Below are positions 57,819 to 64,000 of a stretch of DNA of 64,000 nt, in pieces. The translations under genes were made by a program, and so were the position numbers. The stretch spans positions 330,679 through 394,678 of the forward strand of contig JBBDRA010000003.1 of assembly GCA_040905715.1 (NCBI GenBank), given 5' to 3'. The stretch's first letter is position 1; each line of letters starts with the position of its first letter. Under the pieces are notes generated by a model, which saw only the letters and a program-made list of their open reading frames with translations, did no database searches and was not told the origin of the DNA. This DNA is from Minisyncoccota bacterium. Lineage in GTDB: Bacteria; Patescibacteriota; Minisyncoccia; Phycocordibacterales; CSBR16-193.

Positions 57819-59792
57819 ATGGGAAAGATACTTGGAATCGATCTTGGAACAACAAACTCAGCCATGGCCATTATGGAGGCCGGCGAACCGAAGATCATTG
57901 AGAATGCCGAGGGCAATCGAACAACTCCATCGATAGTAGCGATATCTAAAGGAGGCGAACGGCTTGTGGGACAGCTAGCAAAACGCCAGGCGGTCACTAA
58001 TCCGGAAAACACTGTTTTCGGTATCAAGCGATTTATCGGACACGACTTCGATGATACTGCGGTACAGCGAGATAAAGATATTGTTCCGTACACTATTGAG
58101 AAATCCGGCCAGGGAGGCGTTGAGATCACCCTGGGAGGCAAGAAATACCGACCTGAAGAGATCTCCGCAATGATCCTTCAGAAAATGAAGACGGATGCGG
58201 AAGCAAAACTTGGCGAGACCATCACGGAGGCAGTAATTACCGTTCCTGCGTACTTTAACGACTCACAACGCAAGGCGACCAAGGACGCCGGAAAGATCGC
58301 CGGGCTTGACGTAAAGCGTATTATAAACGAACCGACCGCAGCTGCGCTCTCGTACGGTTTTAATGAGAAGAAGGATCAGAAAATAGCAGTCTTTGACTTT
58401 GGAGGCGGAACGTTCGACATGTCTATCCTGGAAGTAGGAGATGAGGTGGTTGAAGTAAAAGCCACCGAAGGAGACAGCCACCTAGGTGGTAAGGATATTG
58501 ACCAACGGATAATCGATCACCTGGTCAACGAGTTCAAAAAAGAAAGCGGGATCGATATTAGCAAGGACAAACTTGCTCTCCAGCGACTTGATGAGTCTGC
58601 CGAAAAAGCTAAGATTGAACTCTCATCTACACAGGAATCAGAAGTCAATATTCCGTTCATTACCTCAGATGCCGACGGCCCAAAGCACCTGATGATCAAA
58701 TTAACTCGATCTAAACTCGAAGAGCTTGCTCAAGAATTTATTGACCGAGCAATGACCATTACTGAAAACTCACTCAAGAGTTCAAAATTCTCAAAAGATG
58801 ATATAGACGAAGTTGTTCTGGTCGGCGGACAAACACGAATGCCGAAGATCCAGGAGCGCGTTAAGGAATTCTTTGGTAAAGAGCCAAATAAGACCATCAA
58901 CCCGGACGAGGTTGTGGCACTCGGCGCGGCTATTCAGGGCGGTATTATCGGTGGTGATGTTAAAGACGTCCTGTTGCTCGATGTAACACCGCTCACGCTC
59001 GGTATAGAGACCATGGGGGGTGTATCAACGCCGTTGATCGAGCGTAACTCGACCATCCCAACTCAGCAAACGCAGACATTCTCTACGGCTGCAGATAACC
59101 AGCCATCTGTAGAGATCCATGTTCTTCAAGGCGAACGCCCGATGGCGGCAGACAACAAATCACTGGGTCGCTTTATTCTCGACGGTATCCCTCCGGCACC
59201 GCGAGGCACTCCTCAGATCGAAGTATCCTTTGATGTTGACGCAAACGGCATACTGAACGTAACCGCCAAAGACAAGGCAAGCGGGAAAGAGCAGTCTATC
59301 CGGATCGAGGCAACTTCCGGTCTCTCAGAGGAGGATATTCAAAAAATGCAGAAAGAAGCCGAGGAACACGCTGACGAAGACAAGAAACGCAAAGAGGCTG
59401 TCGAAGCACGCAATATTGCTGAGCAACTGATCTATACGGCTGAAAAATCACTTAGTGAACACAAAGACAAGGTACCAGGGGACGTACAGAAATCTATTCA
59501 AGAAAAGATAGACGCAGCCAAAGCAGCGCGTGACAAGGAAGACAACGACGCAGCAGTGATCCAACAGGCCACCGAGGAACTCTCGGCTGAGCTCCAGAAG
59601 ATCGGCCAGCATGTCCAACAAGAATCTGCAAACGCAGAGGCGCAAAGCCAGCCAAAAGCAGACAGCGATCAATCAAAAACCGATGAGAATGTTCGCGACG
59701 CCGAGTACGAAGAAAACGCCGACGAGAATAAGAGTGAAGATAATGATTCGAACGAAGAATCAAAAGGAGAGAGTGAACAAAAAGACAAATAA
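57819..59792 (+). CDS. dnaK: molecular chaperone DnaK (Hsp70)
   Basis: [13 protein letters not shown] and DLGGGTFD motifs, and an acidic C-terminus. Confidence 0.97.
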   Translation: MGKILGIDLGTTNSAMAIMEAGEPKIIENAEGNRTTPSIVAISKGGERLVGQLAKRQAVTNPENTVFGIKRFIGHDFDDTAVQRDKDIVPYTIEKSGQGGVEITLGGKKYRPEEISAMILQKMKTDAEAKLGETITEAVITVPAYFNDSQRKATKDAGKIAGLDVKRIINEPTAAALSYGFNEKKDQKIAVFDFGGGTFDMSILEVGDEVVEVKATEGDSHLGGKDIDQRIIDHLVNEFKKESGIDISKDKLALQRLDESAEKAKIELSSTQESEVNIPFITSDADGPKHLMIKLTRSKLEELAQEFIDRAMTITENSLKSSKFSKDDIDEVVLVGGQTRMPKIQERVKEFFGKEPNKTINPDEVVALGAAIQGGIIGGDVKDVLLLDVTPLTLGIETMGGVSTPLIERNSTIPTQQTQTFSTAADNQPSVEIHVLQGERPMAADNKSLGRFILDGIPPAPRGTPQIEVSFDVDANGILNVTAKDKASGKEQSIRIEATSGLSEEDIQKMQKEAEEHADEDKKRKEAVEARNIAEQLIYTAEKSLSEHKDKVPGDVQKSIQEKIDAAKAARDKEDNDAAVIQQATEELSAELQKIGQHVQQESANAEAQSQPKADSDQSKTDENVRDAEYEENADENKSEDNDSNEESKGESEQKDK

Positions 59793-59828
59793 CTCATCTC
59801 AATTTTATTGCCTCATTTATTGTTAAAA

Positions 59829-59869
59829 AACCGCCAACCCGATACGACGGGGTGGCGGTTTTTGTTTTG
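59829..59869 (+). terminator. intrinsic terminator after dnaK
   Basis: Hairpin ccgccaaccc...gggtggcgg followed by TTTTTGTTTTG. A second hairpin, cccgtcct/aggacggg, follows. Confidence 0.7.
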
Positions 59870-60329
59870 CCCGTCCTAAAAAAGAGGACGGGTGGCGTGC
59901 GATCAATTCAGCGAGCTCTCCCTGGGGCTTTGAAATTCGATCTCACTTGCAGGGAGTTTTCGAACAACGTGCGCGCAGGTGTCTCCACAGAAGCACGGAT
60001 TCAAAACGCGACGGTGAAATTCTCTACCGATCCCGAGTGTGAGCTCAACATGATAGCGAGCTCCACCAGGCAATTCGACACACTCAATTGAGGTCATCGC
60101 AAACCAACGATTTTGCCTATTTCCACGGCATGATCTAAACATGCTGATCTCCTCAACACAAGGAATGAAACAATGAGGAACGCCTTATATTTTATACGTT
60201 ACATTGAGTATCAGCGCAAGTTTCAGGACTTGAGTTACAACGTTTTTCGTAGTACCATTGGTCTGTATTAAACGGCGCCACCTCCTTATACGCCACTCTA
60301 TAAATTCGCATACGCTACATAAGCTATCT

Positions 60330-61451
60330 ATGGCAGAAAAAAATTATTACCAAATACTCGGTGTCGAGAAAAAAGCCTCAAAGGATGAGATAAAAAAGGC
60401 TTTTCGAAAGTTGGCTCAAAAATACCATCCGGACAAGAAAGGTGGGGATGAGAAAAAATTTAAGGAAATAAACGAAGCATACAACATCCTTGCCGATGAT
60501 AAAAAACGTGCTGAATACGATTCATACGGCCGGGTGTTTAGCGGTAGCGGTGGTGGCGGAGCCAGTCAAGGTGGTGGATTTGGCGGCTTCGATTTTAGTG
60601 ACTTCGCACAGCAATTTGGTGGCGCTCAGGGCGGCCAAGGTTTCGAGGAGTATGATCTCGGTGACATATTTGGTGAGTTTTTCGGAGGTGGCGCTCGACG
60701 CGGACGCACTCGTCGTGGGAACGACATCGCTATTGATGTAGAACTTGATTTCAGTGAATCTGTTTTTGGCACAACACGAACTGTCCAACTCAAGAAAACG
60801 TCAAACTGTGAAAACTGTCAGGGTACCGGCGCAGAGGCGGGAAGCGGTACCGAAACCTGCTCAACGTGTAACGGGAAAGGACAGGTTCAGGAAGTTAAAC
60901 GCTCTTTCATGGGTACGTTCCAGACAAACCGAACATGCGAGATTTGTCGTGGTAGCGGTCAGGTCCCAAAAACAAAATGCAAAAGCTGTTCCGGAGAAGG
61001 AGTTACCCGGAAAGAAGAAAAGGTAAGCATTACAATTCCTGCAGGCATAGAAGACGGTCAGATGATCCGCATGACCGGCGGCGGGGAAGCAGTTGCCGGC
61101 GGACAGCCGGGTGATCTTTACATTAAAGTACATGTCCGAGCTCATTCCACATTTACAAAGCAAGGTCGTGATCTTTATATGCCGCTCAGTGTTAAACTTT
61201 CTGACGCTCTTCTTGGTGCAACCTACCGGATCGATACACTAGACGGCACAATTGATCTAAAAATACCTCAAGGGGTAACACATGGTGAATTGCTACGTAT
61301 CAAAGGCAAAGGAGTGCCGGTAGGAAACAACCCTTCCGCTTCGGCGAGCAAGCGTGGTGATATTCTGGTCAAAGTACAGATACAGCTTCCACAAAAGCTT
61401 TCTCGGGAAGCAAAGAAAGCTGTTGAAAAACTAAAAGAAGAAGGGATTTGA
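60330..61451 (+). CDS. dnaJ: molecular chaperone DnaJ (Hsp40)
   Basis: Internal Met [13 protein letters not shown] domain with HPD. G/F-rich linker. Four C-x2-C-x-G-x-G zinc-finger repeats. Confidence 0.95.
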   Translation: MAEKNYYQILGVEKKASKDEIKKAFRKLAQKYHPDKKGGDEKKFKEINEAYNILADDKKRAEYDSYGRVFSGSGGGGASQGGGFGGFDFSDFAQQFGGAQGGQGFEEYDLGDIFGEFFGGGARRGRTRRGNDIAIDVELDFSESVFGTTRTVQLKKTSNCENCQGTGAEAGSGTETCSTCNGKGQVQEVKRSFMGTFQTNRTCEICRGSGQVPKTKCKSCSGEGVTRKEEKVSITIPAGIEDGQMIRMTGGGEAVAGGQPGDLYIKVHVRAHSTFTKQGRDLYMPLSVKLSDALLGATYRIDTLDGTIDLKIPQGVTHGELLRIKGKGVPVGNNPSASASKRGDILVKVQIQLPQKLSREAKKAVEKLKEEGI

Positions 61452-61525
61452 GACTCATTGAATTATCTAACTACTGATGAGCGGTATCCACACGCCACTT
61501 AATGCAGAGCGTGTATAATTAATAC

Positions 61526-62047
61526 ATGGCTCCGGTTACAAATGTTATAGGAGATGTTATCGATAGAATAACGTCATTTCCCACAGACATTATCGTCATT
61601 GCGGTAATGATCATCGTTCTTTTTATCGGCGCTTTATATGTCGGTCAAAGAAAGTTCACAACAGCTATCATAGCCTTGTATCCGGCAATAGTTGCTTATT
61701 CATTTCTACCACCCTCACTGGTGAACATGGTTACAGACACTGATCCATCCTGGATCAGCTACAGTAGTCAGCTAGGGATATTTGCGGCGCTCTCGATCTT
61801 GTCGTTCATTGTTATCAAAAAATATATCAAGAAGCGATCAATTGAGTCCGGAAAGCGAGACACCGTATTTTCATTTCTCCAAGCATTAGCGGCGTCTGCC
61901 ACTATACTTGCCATTGTTGTGGTCCTTGTTCCGATCGCTCCGGTATACCAACTCTCGTCACTGGTCACAGACCTTATAACAGAGACGACCATTGTCGCCT
62001 GGATGATCGCTCCGCTGGCAGTACTGTATCTATTTTCGCGTGATTAA
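61526..62047 (+). CDS. hypothetical membrane protein (4-5 TM helices)
   Basis: 173 aa, hydrophobic. Confidence 0.45.
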   Translation: MAPVTNVIGDVIDRITSFPTDIIVIAVMIIVLFIGALYVGQRKFTTAIIALYPAIVAYSFLPPSLVNMVTDTDPSWISYSSQLGIFAALSILSFIVIKKYIKKRSIESGKRDTVFSFLQALAASATILAIVVVLVPIAPVYQLSSLVTDLITETTIVAWMIAPLAVLYLFSRD

Positions 62048-62092
62048 TTAACACCTTGTATCTTAGAGACACAACTTCGTACACCCGCAATT

Positions 62093-63142
62093 ATGTCAGA
62101 TAAAGCCTCACAGGAATCAAACTCACCGATCTCCGACCTTCTATCGCGTATTTTCCAGTTTCGTCTTACGATCATTGCGGAGACAATGACCTTATTCATC
62201 CTTTTGGTCATCATTAGTCAGACGCTTTTTCTCGAACACGTTGAAGATGTTATTCTCACGATCATTGTTTTTTCTTTCGCTTCATTTGTTGGTGCCTTTT
62301 TGGTTTACAGTGTTCGCGCACTAGACACCCAGCGAGATGAGAGTGTAAAGCTTGCTGAATATCTTCGAAACGCCAACATCCAGTTGCGTCAGATCGATAA
62401 AATGAAATCAGAATTTGTCTACTTGGCCACACACCAGATCCGGACACCACTCACATCTATACGAGGATATCTTTCAATGATACTAGAAGGCGACTACGGT
62501 CGAGTACCGGAACGCCTTGAATCACCTATACACATGGCTTTTGTCTCAAGTAAAGAGATGGTGGACACCATAGAGTATTTCTTAAATGTTACCCGTATCG
62601 AACGCGGTCAACTTGATTACGATATGGAACTATTCGATATGAGAAGACTTGTTGAATCTACCGCAAATCAAATGAGGCCGATCATTGAACGAGCGGGTCT
62701 CAACATGCACCTCGATATAGACGAGCACAATGACTACACAGTCAAGGGTGACGCTGACAAACTTCGCCAGGTAATAACCAATCTGATCGACAACGGCATT
62801 CAATACACAAAAGAAGGGTCGGTCAGTATCCATCTTTGGAAATACGACGAAAAAGTACGCATTGAAGTAAAGGACACCGGCGTAGGGCTGAGCAAGAAGG
62901 ACAAGGAACACGTCTTCATGAAGTTCGGGCGAGCGGATGATGCGGAAAAATATAACGTATTCGGTGTCGGACTCGGTCTCTATATTTCAAAACGGGTCAT
63001 TAGCGATCACGAAGGGACCCTTCTCGCGTCCTCGCTTGGTCGGGGAAAAGGGACAACCTTTGTTGTAGAGCTTAAAGCTATTTCAACAAAGCAGGAGCAT
63101 CCTAAGGAGAATAAAGAAAACCGGGAAATGAGTAAGATATGA
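62093..63142 (+). CDS. sensor histidine kinase
   Basis: Two N-terminal TM helices. HisKA H-box (ATHQIRTPLTSIRGY). HATPase_c N, G1 and G2 boxes (NLIDNGIQYT; DTGVGL; GVGLGL). Confidence 0.85.
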   Translation: MSDKASQESNSPISDLLSRIFQFRLTIIAETMTLFILLVIISQTLFLEHVEDVILTIIVFSFASFVGAFLVYSVRALDTQRDESVKLAEYLRNANIQLRQIDKMKSEFVYLATHQIRTPLTSIRGYLSMILEGDYGRVPERLESPIHMAFVSSKEMVDTIEYFLNVTRIERGQLDYDMELFDMRRLVESTANQMRPIIERAGLNMHLDIDEHNDYTVKGDADKLRQVITNLIDNGIQYTKEGSVSIHLWKYDEKVRIEVKDTGVGLSKKDKEHVFMKFGRADDAEKYNVFGVGLGLYISKRVISDHEGTLLASSLGRGKGTTFVVELKAISTKQEHPKENKENREMSKI

Positions 63143-63149
63143 TCAGACT

Positions 63150-63914
63150 ATGAGGCATCTTTATCGAACACGAATAGATGATGAGATCCTGGCAGAATTC
63201 TTACCCCCTTCAACTCCTCAAAAACGAACAGAGGAACGAACACGAGTATTGATCCTCGCTCAAGGGATCCCAAGTATTCCGTACAAAGATGATGTTATAC
63301 AGTACTGGTCAGAGCAAGGATATTTTGTTGTATTTCCACGCTACCGTGGCACCTGGGAGAGCCGAGGATCGTTTTTAAAAGAATCACCGACCAAAGATGT
63401 CACCGACACAGTTAACGCCGTTTTTCACCCCCTACGAGATATTTATTCCGGCGAAGAGTTCACTATTGTGCCGGACGCGGTATATGTTCTCGGTTCAAGT
63501 TTCGGCGGGCCGGCCGCATTGTTCAGCTCTTCTGATCCGCGTGTCACTAAAGTGATCGGCCTCTCGTCGGTTATTGATTGGCGAATACCGACTCCTGCGG
63601 AAAGTAACGATGCTCTCAAACAATTTATCACTGAAGGATTTGGTCCGACGTATCGTTTTGACGATACAGACTGGGCTAAACTGGAAGAAGATACACATTT
63701 TTATAACCCGATCACTATGCAGGACAGGATCGATCCTGAGAAAGTATTACTGATCCATGCTGAGGACGATCCATTTTGCCCTGCACAAGCACTCAAAACA
63801 TTTGCAAAAGAAACAGGAGTAACAACAGAGCTCTACGCGCAAGGAGGTCACTTGGGGATATCTGACACATGCACTCTAGAGATACGTACCCGAATCAAAG
63901 CATGGTTCCAATAA
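63150..63914 (+). CDS. alpha/beta-fold hydrolase
   Basis: Nucleophile elbow GSSFGG. Asp and His candidates lie in the C-terminal third (HAEDDPF, GGHLG). Confidence 0.65.
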   Translation: MRHLYRTRIDDEILAEFLPPSTPQKRTEERTRVLILAQGIPSIPYKDDVIQYWSEQGYFVVFPRYRGTWESRGSFLKESPTKDVTDTVNAVFHPLRDIYSGEEFTIVPDAVYVLGSSFGGPAALFSSSDPRVTKVIGLSSVIDWRIPTPAESNDALKQFITEGFGPTYRFDDTDWAKLEEDTHFYNPITMQDRIDPEKVLLIHAEDDPFCPAQALKTFAKETGVTTELYAQGGHLGISDTCTLEIRTRIKAWFQ

Positions 63915-64000
63915 AAATTCCGCAATTCAACGCGTGACATATTTTTCTTTCCACTAAGCGGATAGTTTGCTAGTATTTGACCTATGTCTACAGACTCTAA

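Noticed and set aside
59852-60142. Overlapping 79-aa ORFs on both strands between dnaK and dnaJ
   Set aside because: They are mutually antisense with no SD, lie downstream of the dnaK terminator, and have no motifs. The interval is reported as noncoding.

Overview
This 64 kb window is bacterial chromosome at about 48-50% GC. Almost all genes run on the + strand and are compactly spaced, and several core proteins are shortened. That pattern fits a reduced-genome uncultivated bacterium of the Patescibacteria/CPR type; the assignment is an inference from gene content only. Housekeeping genes: clpB (partial, runs off the left edge), a rhodanese, an archaeal-type short cytidylate kinase, a CPA2 antiporter, MscS, tsaC, uvrB, uvrA, a short uvrC, msrA, ddl, acpP, a bifunctional PGI/PMI, a ROK kinase, ychF, leuS, mltG, mnmA, a short alaS, the cluster infA-rpsM-rpsK-rpsD-rpoA-rplQ-rplM-rpsI, grpE-dnaK-dnaJ, and a histidine kinase. 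Accessory or unusual content, in order of interest. (1) About 6.3 kb integrated at the 3' end of tRNA-Ala(UGC). It carries a large serine recombinase, two nested near-perfect inverted-repeat pairs (116 bp and about 331 bp), an AT-rich cargo operon (an XRE regulator plus five hypothetical, mostly membrane, proteins), and two tandem copies of the tRNA 3' end at the far border. (2) A 1158-aa LeuRS carrying two inserted enzymatic domains, an alpha/beta serine hydrolase and a NUDIX hydrolase. (3) Two tandem paralogous minus-strand units. Each has a promoter, an apparently leaderless 27-35 aa Ile/Val-rich upstream ORF, an intrinsic terminator, a strong SD and a 60-aa hydrophilic ORF, then its own terminator. 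They sit next to a C-type-lectin protein with a PEP-CTERM anchor. (4) Two unannotated structured RNA candidates on either side of position 17 kb, a GC-rich orphan ORF boxed by terminators, and a stand-alone ParB-like protein. No rRNA or CRISPR was seen.
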